Positions 16,737 through 25,065 of a stretch of 64,000 bases of DNA are shown here, piece by piece. The notes under the pieces were generated by a model that made no database searches, was not told the DNA's origin, and was given only the letters and a program-made list of their open reading frames with translations. The stretch spans positions 1-64,000 of IMG/VR virus record IMGVR_UViG_2588253903_000005; one strand, written 5' to 3'. Source of the stretch: a virus (Duplodnaviria > Caudoviricetes). A program made the translations under genes and the position numbers. Every line of letters begins with the position of its first letter. The first letter of the stretch is position 1.

Positions 16737-16949
16737 ATGGGAAAGACGCCAGAATACACAAAGAAGGCTGTGAATAACTATCGTGATAAGTTTGATTTTA
16801 TACAAGTCAGATTTCCAAAAGGAACAAGGGAAAGATTAGCAGACAAAGGAAATATAAATGATTATATATGCGGTCTTGTGCTGGATGATTTAGGGGAAGA
16901 AGCAGCCGAAAAAGAACAGAAAAAAACTAGCGCAGAATGTCCGTTTTAA
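16737..16949 (+). CDS. RHH (Arc-like) regulator
   Basis: AVNNYRDKFDFIQVRFPKGTRE...NINDYICGLV. Confidence 0.7.
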   Translation: MGKTPEYTKKAVNNYRDKFDFIQVRFPKGTRERLADKGNINDYICGLVLDDLGEEAAEKEQKKTSAECPF

Positions 16950-17300
16950 TTGCAAAAAGTTCTAATTCCCTATTGACAATTTATATAACATGATTTGAAG
17001 CTGTTAGACACCATAGCAAGAGCAAAGGGAGTTGAATAAACCAACTCCCCACACAACAGAACGGGCGGCGTAAAAACCGCCCCAACTGTAAAGCAGATTA
17101 TAGCACATAAGCCGCATGGATTTCAAGGGCGGTTTTTTGATGCAATAATATATCAACAAGAATTAAATACATATTGAATTACAGTAATGCAATATGATTG
17201 ATATAGGTATATAAATACATTAACTAAATAAGTATTGCAATCTGCAACGCAATATTATATAATTTCAGTACATCAATATGCAATAAGGAGGCGTTATATT

Positions 17301-17813
17301 ATGGCAAAAACAGACCAAGAATTATTGGAATCATATAAAGCGAGGATAAAACGGCAAAACAACAGGATAAAAAAGAATTACGACAAGGTAACAGCGGCAC
17401 TTCCAAAGGGCACCGTAGACCGAATCAGGGCATTAGGATTGACGGTAAACGGCGCAATTAACGAAAGCCTTATAGCGTTTTTGGAATGTCTGGAAGAACA
17501 AGACAAAACAGAATCTTCCCAGACCATCCACAACGTCCATGCAAGTTCAAAAACAGAAAAGCCGGAGAAACACACGCCGACACCGACAAAAGCCGAAATT
17601 GGGGCAAATACAACGCCATACCAGGGCGGAAAGGCAGAAGAATCGGGTTCCAACGAGAATAATCCTGTAAAAGCCGGATTTGACGGGCTGAAAGCCTGTG
17701 AATGGAACACGGAAGATCATAGCGGAGTTGTGCCGCATCCGCCAATGGGAACCCCAAATAATGCGATATGGGATTCCAGTATGGGCGAATGGTATGAGCC
17801 GCTGCCCTTTTAA
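17301..17813 (+). CDS. RHH-like N-terminal domain with disordered tail
   Basis: KKNYDKVTAALPKGTVDRIRALGLTVNGAI; RBS AAGGAGG. Confidence 0.65.
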   Translation: MAKTDQELLESYKARIKRQNNRIKKNYDKVTAALPKGTVDRIRALGLTVNGAINESLIAFLECLEEQDKTESSQTIHNVHASSKTEKPEKHTPTPTKAEIGANTTPYQGGKAEESGSNENNPVKAGFDGLKACEWNTEDHSGVVPHPPMGTPNNAIWDSSMGEWYEPLPF

Positions 17814-17869
17814 GGGATCCTGGAACCATAGTTAGCCGCCAGAAATGGCGGTTTTCTTATTCCTAAATT

Positions 17870-18300
17870 TATTCTTGACAAATTCCAGAAGTTGTGTTAT
17901 TTTATATAATCTTTATATCAACTAGATAAATATTATTTAATCTATATTAAGATATATACTGTATATATTATTATTAATCTCTATAAAGTAAAACATAACA
18001 TAGTGTACATTATAAACCATAGAGTATATTATACCAGTAATATATAACGTATATATAGCCATAGTGTATAGTATTAGCCAATACAGTATATATAGCCATA
18101 TATCACAGAGTATATTAATCCAATACAGTAAATCTTTAACCAATACAGTATAACATACACATATGCTGTAGTATATTAAATTATTATAATGCGCGCGGAT
18201 ATATATTATATACAGCTTATAGAATATATGTTCTGTAAATCCATAGTTGACAGATAAATAAATTTATGCTATGGTTTTAATAATTTAACAGTTTTACACA
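17870..18300. repeat. Very AT-rich non-coding region with short repeats
   Basis: CCAATACAGTA x3 (18078, 18120, 18140); TATATAGCCATA x2 (18052, 18089). Confidence 0.7.
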
Positions 18301-18315
18301 ACATTAACTTTTTTA

Positions 18316-18377
18316 GATGGAATTGTAGAGGGAAACTTGAAACCCGGAGGTCATGACGCTACCATGGCTTTCGGGTT
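18316..18377 (+). ncRNA. Structured leader element, copy 1
   Basis: 23 nt identical to 57843, then AACCCGGAG...TTCGGGTT stem with GACGCTA loop and U tract; promoter TTGACA at 18249. Confidence 0.65.
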
Positions 18378-18411
18378 ATTTTTATTTTTAGGCAGATTGG
18401 AGGTGTAGGGC

Positions 18412-19008
18412 GTGGAGCGGACGGACGAATACATACAGACTATCGCGAGTGTGGAGGATATGCCAGCAGTAGCTAAAGACATAGTATCTATGTACTGCAA
18501 AGAGAATGGTATTGACGAGAAAGATATATTCCCGTCTGTCTGGAATGATATTATAGATGAGCTGTATATTAAATTATTTAAACCCTGTAATAGATTATTA
18601 AAGACTGATAGTAATAAATATAACGAGTATGATAAAGAAAAGGTATTATATATATATAATAATATATACAGGAGATTGTGTAATAATCATTGCCAGGAGG
18701 TTTGTCAGAAGGGATTTATAGACATGATTGGGATAGATAAGCAGACGCTGTATAATTGGGCAAGCTCTGCAAGTTTCGACTTGCAAGAAAAAATCATGGA
18801 GGATAACGAGCAGTCTCTATTCGCCTTGATGAAAGACAGGCGAATGAACCCCATGAAGATGCTGCCCAAACTCAACCGCTATCATGGCTGGAACATGCCT
18901 GGAGCAAGAGGGGAGACGGACAAGAAAAAGGTTCTGACCGCTACGGAACTGCCAAAACTGGGCGGCGGTGAGGCTAAAGGGATAGATGTTGTGGTGGACG
19001 GGGAGTGA
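18412..19008 (+). CDS. Putative terminase small subunit / DNA-packaging protein
   Basis: Central HTH (IGIDKQTLYNW) and C-terminal KLNRYHGW motif reminiscent of gp3-like TerS; GTG start. Confidence 0.5.
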   Translation: MERTDEYIQTIASVEDMPAVAKDIVSMYCKENGIDEKDIFPSVWNDIIDELYIKLFKPCNRLLKTDSNKYNEYDKEKVLYIYNNIYRRLCNNHCQEVCQKGFIDMIGIDKQTLYNWASSASFDLQEKIMEDNEQSLFALMKDRRMNPMKMLPKLNRYHGWNMPGARGETDKKKVLTATELPKLGGGEAKGIDVVVDGE

Positions 19009-19430
19009 TACACAATATGTGGTGATTATGCGCTAATGAGGATATGATTAAATTTAAAATCATACGCATAAAGCTTTAAAGTAAAAATGCACAAAGGATT
19101 TTTAGGGGTAGATGCCTGATAAAAGGCGGCGTGGGGGTTTGTATGGAACGCCGCCGACCGCCTACTAAGCACTGTAAACTCCCGAAAAATCAAAAAGACC
19201 GCCCACTAAGGGCAGCCCTAAAAATTATTTTTTAAATAAAAAAAAGGGGTTACAAATATTATTATAAACCCATGCCGAACATTGATAATTACATACCTGT
19301 GTACTTGGATACAAGACGCAGGGAGGCGGCGACCCTAGGCATACTCTGGAATCGTAGCGGTTCGCCAGGTTGCAAATTGGTATGAGTTCTCGTAAGACCA
19401 ATCCCGTTTTTGGGGCAGGGAAAGGGGCGT

Positions 19431-19673
19431 CTACTCTGCGCCGCCCCTTTTAACAGCATCCCCCATCGTGAAAGTAAGTTTTGTATCTGTCTTGTACTCA
19501 ATCGTGAGATTGCATCCCATGAAGTCCAGAACAGAGATTAAGTCTTGAACAGACCAGCTATCCCTTTTGAACTTGGTATTGAGATTTTGTGGTCTCATTC
19601 CTAAATATTCAGCAAGCTCAACAGCTTTTATATTTTTTTCTTTCATGATTTGCTTTATTTTATCACTAATCAT
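19431..19673 (-). CDS. XRE-family HTH regulator
   Basis: IKQIMKEKNIKAVELAEYLGMRPQNLNTK; divergent from an antirepressor. Confidence 0.8.
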   Translation of the reverse strand: MISDKIKQIMKEKNIKAVELAEYLGMRPQNLNTKFKRDSWSVQDLISVLDFMGCNLTIEYKTDTKLTFTMGDAVKRGGAE

Positions 19674-19743
19674 GCGAATACCTCCTTTTTGGGTATTATA
19701 ATTCAAAATTCATTAAAAAGTCAATAAAAATAATTCAAAACGG

Positions 19744-19772
19744 TTGACTTATAATTGAAAATGAGTTATAAT
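19744..19772 (+). promoter_or_regulatory. sigmaA promoter
   Basis: TTGACT-17-TATAAT. Confidence 0.75.
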
Positions 19773-19805
19773 AAAACAAAAAATAATTCATGTGGAGGTA
19801 AAATC

Positions 19806-20654
19806 ATGAACGAAGTAAAAATGTTTGAAAACGAAGAAATCGGAATATTTGTAAGGACAGTACTGAATGATGACGGCAGTATTTCTGTCAACGCAGAAGA
19901 TACAGCCATTGGCCTTGGATGGGTTGACACATCACAAAGAGCCGCAGATGGCTCTCCGCTGGTTAAGGTCAGATGGGCGAGAATGAATGGATATTGTGAA
20001 GAATTTGGATTCACCAACAAACTGGGGAAAGATGATTACATCCCAGAAAGCCTGTTTTACATGCTTGCTATGAAAGCCAGTAATGCAAAGGCGGTTAGGT
20101 TTCAACAGTGGATTGCAATGAAAGTTGTACCATCTATTCGCAAGAACGGTTCGTACTCCTTGCAACAGAGGATTCCAGATTCATACACAATCGAAAATCC
20201 GGTTGAACGTGCTAAACGTTGGATTGAAGAGCAGGAGGAACACAATGAGCAGATTGCCGAGAAGGACAAGGTGATTGCTGAAAAAGACGAGAAGATAGCG
20301 GAGTTAGAACCGGACGCTGATTGTTTTAGAAAATTGTGCGACACACGTTCTCTGATATGCTTCCGTGATGCAGCTAACCTTCTGGGGATGAGCCAGACGC
20401 AGTTCACGGGTTATCTGGTGAGAGAGAAATATATTTACAAGAAGGGAAAAGAGGATTACAGACCGACCGAGCCGTATCGGAAAAGTGATTTGTTCAGAAC
20501 AAAATCTTATGTCAATCGCAACAGTGGATATTCTGGAATACAGACATGCCTGACGCCAAAAGGGTTACAGTATTTCAAACTGGCATTTGAAGCGCAAGGC
20601 ATCTTCCCAGACGCACTTCCAAAACACGGCGGCAGGAACACAAAGAAAAAGTAA
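19806..20654 (+). CDS. Antirepressor (BRO-like N-terminus, KilAC/ANT C-terminus)
   Basis: FENEEIG...YIPESLFYMLAMKA...FQQWI; LTPKG C-terminal motif. Confidence 0.8.
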   Translation: MNEVKMFENEEIGIFVRTVLNDDGSISVNAEDTAIGLGWVDTSQRAADGSPLVKVRWARMNGYCEEFGFTNKLGKDDYIPESLFYMLAMKASNAKAVRFQQWIAMKVVPSIRKNGSYSLQQRIPDSYTIENPVERAKRWIEEQEEHNEQIAEKDKVIAEKDEKIAELEPDADCFRKLCDTRSLICFRDAANLLGMSQTQFTGYLVREKYIYKKGKEDYRPTEPYRKSDLFRTKSYVNRNSGYSGIQTCLTPKGLQYFKLAFEAQGIFPDALPKHGGRNTKKK

Positions 20655-20680
20655 GATGCAAAAGACGGAGGAATTTGAAC

Positions 20681-21475
20681 ATGGCTACATACGCATATTA
20701 CAGAGTGTCAACAAGAACACAGGTAGAGAAGAACAGTACGGACATGCAGAAGAACGTCGTAAAGGAATATTGCGAAGAAAACGGTCTGGTGCTTGACGGA
20801 ACATTTGAAGATGACGGAATATCCGGCGCAATGGACGATATGGAGGATAGCATAGCGAGAAATGGTCTGATAGAACTTTTCTCAACCACACAAGAGGGTG
20901 ACACAATCATTGTGCAGAACACATCAAGGTTGTGGCGTTCTGATACGGCAAAGGTCATTATCCGTAGGGAAATTAAAAAGTGTGGGGCAAACTTAGTAAG
21001 TGTTGAACAGCCTAATTATGACATTTACAAGAAAGACCCTAACGACTTTCTAATAAACGGTCTTTTGGAGCTGCTTGACGAATACGACAAAATCTCAATC
21101 GCTGTCAAACTGGCAAAAGGCAGAAAGGCAAGAGCAAAGACAGGAAACAAACCTTGCGGTAATGCTCCGATAGGCTACCGCTGGAACGGAAACAAGATCG
21201 AAATTGACTATAACAATCACTTGATTGTACAGGATATATTCAATATGTGTTTAGAACGCAAAGGGAATTTAAGTCAGATTATGCGTGACTGTGCAGAAAA
21301 GGGATATAAGACCACTAGAGGAAAAGATTTCAGCGTACAGGCTATCAAGAATATTCTGACGAATGATTTTTATGTTGGTGTTGTAACCCATGCAGGAAAT
21401 AAGATAGCAGGAGAACATCAACCGATTATTGAAAAGCCGGTATTTGAAAAAGTCATTGAGATTTTGAGAGGGTAG
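20681..21475 (+). CDS. Serine recombinase (resolvase plus recombinase domain)
   Basis: YAYYRVST, DDGISG, QNTSRLWRS, PIGY, ILTNDFYVG. Confidence 0.9.
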   Translation: MATYAYYRVSTRTQVEKNSTDMQKNVVKEYCEENGLVLDGTFEDDGISGAMDDMEDSIARNGLIELFSTTQEGDTIIVQNTSRLWRSDTAKVIIRREIKKCGANLVSVEQPNYDIYKKDPNDFLINGLLELLDEYDKISIAVKLAKGRKARAKTGNKPCGNAPIGYRWNGNKIEIDYNNHLIVQDIFNMCLERKGNLSQIMRDCAEKGYKTTRGKDFSVQAIKNILTNDFYVGVVTHAGNKIAGEHQPIIEKPVFEKVIEILRG

Positions 21476-21484
21476 GTATACGGT

Positions 21485-21841
21485 ATGGTTTATGGGTATG
21501 TGAATAGGCGCAAAGGCGAAACAAAAGATTATTTACATGGCAGAGAATTTGACGAAATATTTTATCAAGACGGAGCAGAATACGATTTGTCTTTTCTGAA
21601 ACAAGGAGACACAATAATACTTTGCAAGCTAAAAAGTATAAGCGATAATTTGAAAGATATTCTCGTATTTGCTCAATACGCATTTGACAACGAGATAGAA
21701 GTCCGCTGTATGGATAAAAACGATGACAAATATATTGATTTCATAGATACAAGTACAGCAATGGGGAAATTGATAATAGGTCTATGGGCAGGAATAAATA
21801 GGCTAGACGATGAATACTACAGAAATTCAGAAAATAATTAA
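21485..21841 (+). CDS. Resolvase N-terminal-like protein lacking the catalytic serine
   Basis: YGYVNRR in place of YxRVS; retains LKQGDTIILCKL and IDTSTAMGKLI. Confidence 0.6.
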   Translation: MVYGYVNRRKGETKDYLHGREFDEIFYQDGAEYDLSFLKQGDTIILCKLKSISDNLKDILVFAQYAFDNEIEVRCMDKNDDKYIDFIDTSTAMGKLIIGLWAGINRLDDEYYRNSENN

Positions 21842-21993
21842 ATTTCTACAAAAGATAAAATCTCAACCCACTCCCGATTAAATCAATCAAAATGCCAAAG
21901 ATACCAACAACAAAATCAAATATAAGGCGGTGCATACACTTGTTCTGGAAAAAGAAAGAAATTCAGAAAAACGAAAAAGAGAATGAAACCGAA

Positions 21994-22335
21994 ATGAAGA
22001 AAGATTATCTCTATTGCGAAATTCCGATTTTGAAAAGAAAAACAAGACATGCAAAAACCATCATAGAAAATAAGCTGTATGATACCGAAAAAGCAGAAAT
22101 TATTTCCTCAACGGCAGATTGCAGGATTTTGTTTGTGACGAAAAAGGGAAATTATTTTTCTTGCAAAACAACAGATTATGATTATATGGAGAACGAAGAA
22201 AATAAAACATATCACATTTTTGAAACTGTATACCATGACATACGACCGGAACTATTAGAATACGCAATGTCCAATATTGGAAAATATGAACCAGAGAAAT
22301 ACATTGAACTATATGGCGAAGTCGAAGAAGCGTAA
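21994..22335 (+). CDS. Hypothetical protein, paralog of 25066-25431
   Basis: Shared KLYDTEKAE...KKGNYFSC...GExEEA. Confidence 0.7.
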   Translation: MKKDYLYCEIPILKRKTRHAKTIIENKLYDTEKAEIISSTADCRILFVTKKGNYFSCKTTDYDYMENEENKTYHIFETVYHDIRPELLEYAMSNIGKYEPEKYIELYGEVEEA

Positions 22336-22377
22336 AGGCGTTGATTAAGATACCAGTCCGCAAATCAAAGAGGGGAT

Positions 22378-22764
22378 ATAAGGAGGGAAATTAATGGTAA
22401 AATCATATCTGACGATTCATACAAAACACATGCATTTATTGATGATGTAGAAATAAGCGATAAAGCAACCAGTGTTCATTTTGAACAAAACGCTGGTGAA
22501 GTACCGATTTTCACATTTGAAACGGTAAATCTGCCAAACATAGAAATCGAAAATGCAAATATTCGTTTCAGATTCACGACGGAAACAATAGAGGATTCTA
22601 TGAAGGTTATTCGTCATAGTTTATTGACAGACAAAGTTTTATATGACGCCCTTGTTGCAAGCATAGAAAGTGCAATTTACGAAAATGGCGTGGTGCGTGA
22701 CATATCAGACCAACACGAACTTGCTTTGGAGATTGCGGATAGGATTATTGAGAGGGAAGAATGA
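22378..22764 (+). CDS. Hypothetical protein with probable ATA start (absent from ORF track)
   Basis: 128-codon open frame after GAGGGG; fills the gap between neighbours. Confidence 0.55.
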   Translation: MRREINGKIISDDSYKTHAFIDDVEISDKATSVHFEQNAGEVPIFTFETVNLPNIEIENANIRFRFTTETIEDSMKVIRHSLLTDKVLYDALVASIESAIYENGVVRDISDQHELALEIADRIIEREE

Positions 22765-22765
22765 A

Positions 22766-22930
22766 ATGAAAGTAAGAGTAACAATTATGACAGAGAACGA
22801 TAAGCCCATTTCTGTTTTGGGTGAAAATCCAGAAGAAAAAATAAAGATAGGATGGGAACTTGTGCTTGCTTTATTAAATGCTCAAAGCGAAGATAGGGCA
22901 ACGCTTGAAAGAGTAGAAATTGTTGAATAA
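22766..22930 (+). CDS. Small hypothetical protein
   Basis: Coupled ORF. Confidence 0.5.
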   Translation: MKVRVTIMTENDKPISVLGENPEEKIKIGWELVLALLNAQSEDRATLERVEIVE

Positions 22931-22935
22931 ATTTT

Positions 22936-23007
22936 AGGGATATCGCCAAACGGTAAGGCACAGGACTTTGACTGCTGTATTTCCGGGTTCGAATCCCGGT
23001 AGCCCAG
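22936..23007 (+). tRNA. tRNA-Gln(UUG), with stem mismatches
   Basis: CT-TTG-AC loop, GGTTCGAATCC T-arm; mismatches in acceptor and anticodon stems; no encoded CCA. Confidence 0.75.
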
Positions 23008-23055
23008 TTCAGCCGAAAGGCTATATAAAAATTAAAGTTTAGGAGGGATTTGTCT

Positions 23056-23697
23056 ATGACGACTGAAACCATGACCGTGCATAAGGCTCTGGCAGAATTA
23101 AAGCTGCTTGACATCCGGATTGAGAAAGCAATCGCAGAAGGTGTTTACTGCGTTGCGAACAAACATTCAAACGATAAGATAGGCGGCGTTCCGCTTGATG
23201 ATTACATTAAAATCATGCAGGGCGGATATGACAAGGCAACTGACTTTATCAACCGTCAAACGGCAATAAAACGAGCAGTCACACTTTCCAATGCTGTAAC
23301 CAAAGTCGAAATTTCTGGCGTGGAATATACAAGAGCAGAAGCCATTTGGATGAAAAATCACGGAATGGAATTTTGCAAAACACTTATGAATGCTATGCGG
23401 AGACAATATGATAAGGCTCAAATGCAAATCAATCTGGAAAACGGAAAAGACCTTGAACAGAGGGCAGAGCAGTATGTAACCGCAATCTACGGGCAGAAAG
23501 AAGGAAAGACAAATACTGCTGACATCGAAAAGGTCAAGGCAGACTTTTTAAAATCCAACCAGTACGAACTGGTTGACCCGCTCCACGTCCTTGACAAGAT
23601 TGAAGATTTGGAGAAGAAAATCAATGATTTCATGGCAGAAGTTGACAGCTCATTATCGGTCAGCAACGCCTTAACCGAAATCACGATTGAATATTAA
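23056..23697 (+). CDS. Coiled-coil protein, probable partner of the downstream ncRNA
   Basis: TVHKALAELKLLDIRI; SNA(V/L)T motif twice; VDPL; from memory loosely like DIP1984/DUF6847 proteins (unverified). Confidence 0.85.
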   Translation: MTTETMTVHKALAELKLLDIRIEKAIAEGVYCVANKHSNDKIGGVPLDDYIKIMQGGYDKATDFINRQTAIKRAVTLSNAVTKVEISGVEYTRAEAIWMKNHGMEFCKTLMNAMRRQYDKAQMQINLENGKDLEQRAEQYVTAIYGQKEGKTNTADIEKVKADFLKSNQYELVDPLHVLDKIEDLEKKINDFMAEVDSSLSVSNALTEITIEY

Positions 23698-23715
23698 AAA
23701 TTAAATGAATTTTAT

Positions 23716-24107
23716 CCACTGTTTACCGAAAACCCCAAACTACAATTCATACGTCTTTTGCAGATACAGACATATGTAAAACAATAAAGAAATCTGCAAA
23801 CTTCAATGGACGAAGATAATATGAATTGGTCTTGAAAACCAAATTTGCATAAACAATGTGTCGGCGGTTCGATTCCGTCCAAGTCTTCGGACTTGTAGCT
23901 CAGTCGGGAGAGCGATTGTAAAAACAAAACGCACTGTAAAGATTAAAGAGTAAAGCTCAAATCTTAAAGCTGAAAGGTCAAAGTTTATTTTCTTCAAAGT
24001 TGAAAGAGCAAAGGTAAAAGACAAAAGTTTTACAAAATCCTTGGGAAATGTTTATTCGGGCTAATTGTAATTGCTGATGGGTTTAACACAAGGCTGGTAA
24101 ATGGTGG
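23716..24107 (+). ncRNA. ~390-nt structured ncRNA with permuted tRNA module, anticodon-arm mimic and heptamer array
   Basis: 13-bp 5'/3' helix (23716-23728 with 24095-24107), nested AAACCC/GGGTTT and TACAATT/AATTGTA helices; no coding ORF on +. Confidence 0.85.
23937..24029 (+). repeat. 12 tandem heptamers, consensus NAAAGNN (7 + 5, split by a 9-nt U-rich linker)
   Basis: TAAAGAT TAAAGAG TAAAGCT CAAATCT TAAAGCT GAAAGGT CAAAGTT [TATTTTCTT] CAAAGTT GAAAGAG CAAAGGT AAAAGAC AAAAGTT. Confidence 0.9.
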
Positions 24108-24157
24108 GTTATATGAATTATCGGCGGCAGCTTGTTGGTCTCGTTGCCGCCGGTTTT

Positions 24158-24249
24158 GCAGATATAACCCTAACTGGTAAGGGAACGGTTTGCTAAACCG
24201 TCAGTAACCGTCAAATGACGGCGCGTAGGTTCAAGTCCTACTATCTGCG
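24158..24249 (+). tRNA. tRNA-Ser(GCU)
   Basis: GCAGATA/TATCTGC acceptor, ACGGT-TTGCTAA-ACCGT, long variable arm, T-arm. Confidence 0.92.
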
Positions 24250-24319
24250 TTATGGGGATGGTAAAGTCTATGGGTTGATTCCAAAAATAAACAAACTTTA
24301 CAAAAAGCATTCCCATTAT

Positions 24320-24411
24320 GCCGACGTACCCAAACGGTTATAAGGGCGCAGTCTTGAAAACTGATGTGCCATGGAGAACATGGTCTGTGGGTTCAAATCC
24401 TACCGTCGGCG
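24320..24411 (+). tRNA. tRNA-Ser(UGA)
   Basis: GCCGACG/CGTCGGC acceptor, CTTGAAA loop, long variable arm, GGTTCAAATCC. Confidence 0.92.
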
Positions 24412-24756
24412 TTTAGTGTCGAACATTCGTACCATTTGGCACTCCTTTCACCCCGTAGCGGAATGCTGTTAAGAGCCTTCGCAAGGCTTGCGGGGATTCG
24501 TCAAGGAAAAGACATTAAAACCCGCTTGCCAGAGCGTATAAGTGGCGATACTAAAGCCCGGCTACTGCTTGAGGGCAATATAAAAAAGAGCAGCGTGTAG
24601 ATTGGCGGTAAGACGATGCGAATCTCAAATAACCGCATTCTGGATGATGCCCACGTCATTGTATAATTGGTGATGCATACTAGTTTGGACAGAATCCGAT
24701 TGTCAGTAAAGACATGCAAAATCCTATGCAGTCCTCATAGACATAAATTGGACGGT

Positions 24757-24938
24757 GTTGCGTGGCGGAATAGATAAACGCTAAAGTGTAGCTCTTATAG
24801 ATTGGTTGGCATTACAAGGTGTAGCCGTAAAAGAACAATTACTGTATAACAAGTCATCTCCGAGCAGAGGGCGAATGAGCCACGGAAAGGCAGAAATGCA
24901 AACTCCAATCATGTGTGGTGCAAATCCACACCGCAACA
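24757..24938 (+). ncRNA. tRNA-like RNA with ~130-nt insert in the anticodon arm
   Basis: GTTGCG/CGCAAC acceptor, TGGCGGAATAGATAAACGC D-arm, TGTGG-TGCAAAT-CCACA T-arm, GATTGG/CCAATC closing the insert. Confidence 0.7.
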
Positions 24939-25065
24939 TTTAGTTAGGCCATTCCTAGCTAGACAGGAGTAAATCGGTCACTGCCCTGTCGAATCAAAAA
25001 TAACGCTGGCAGGAACATTCTTTCTGCCAGATAAACCGCAAAATGAAGTCAGGAGGGATTTTGTC

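Noticed and set aside
18316-18377. Fluoride, c-di-GMP or preQ1 riboswitch
   Set aside because: The consensus nucleotides of these aptamers are absent
23937-24029. CRISPR or TIGR-like array
   Set aside because: 7-nt units with no spacers; no cas or Nop-domain gene nearby
23716-24107. Retron or DGR RNA
   Set aside because: No reverse transcriptase gene in the window
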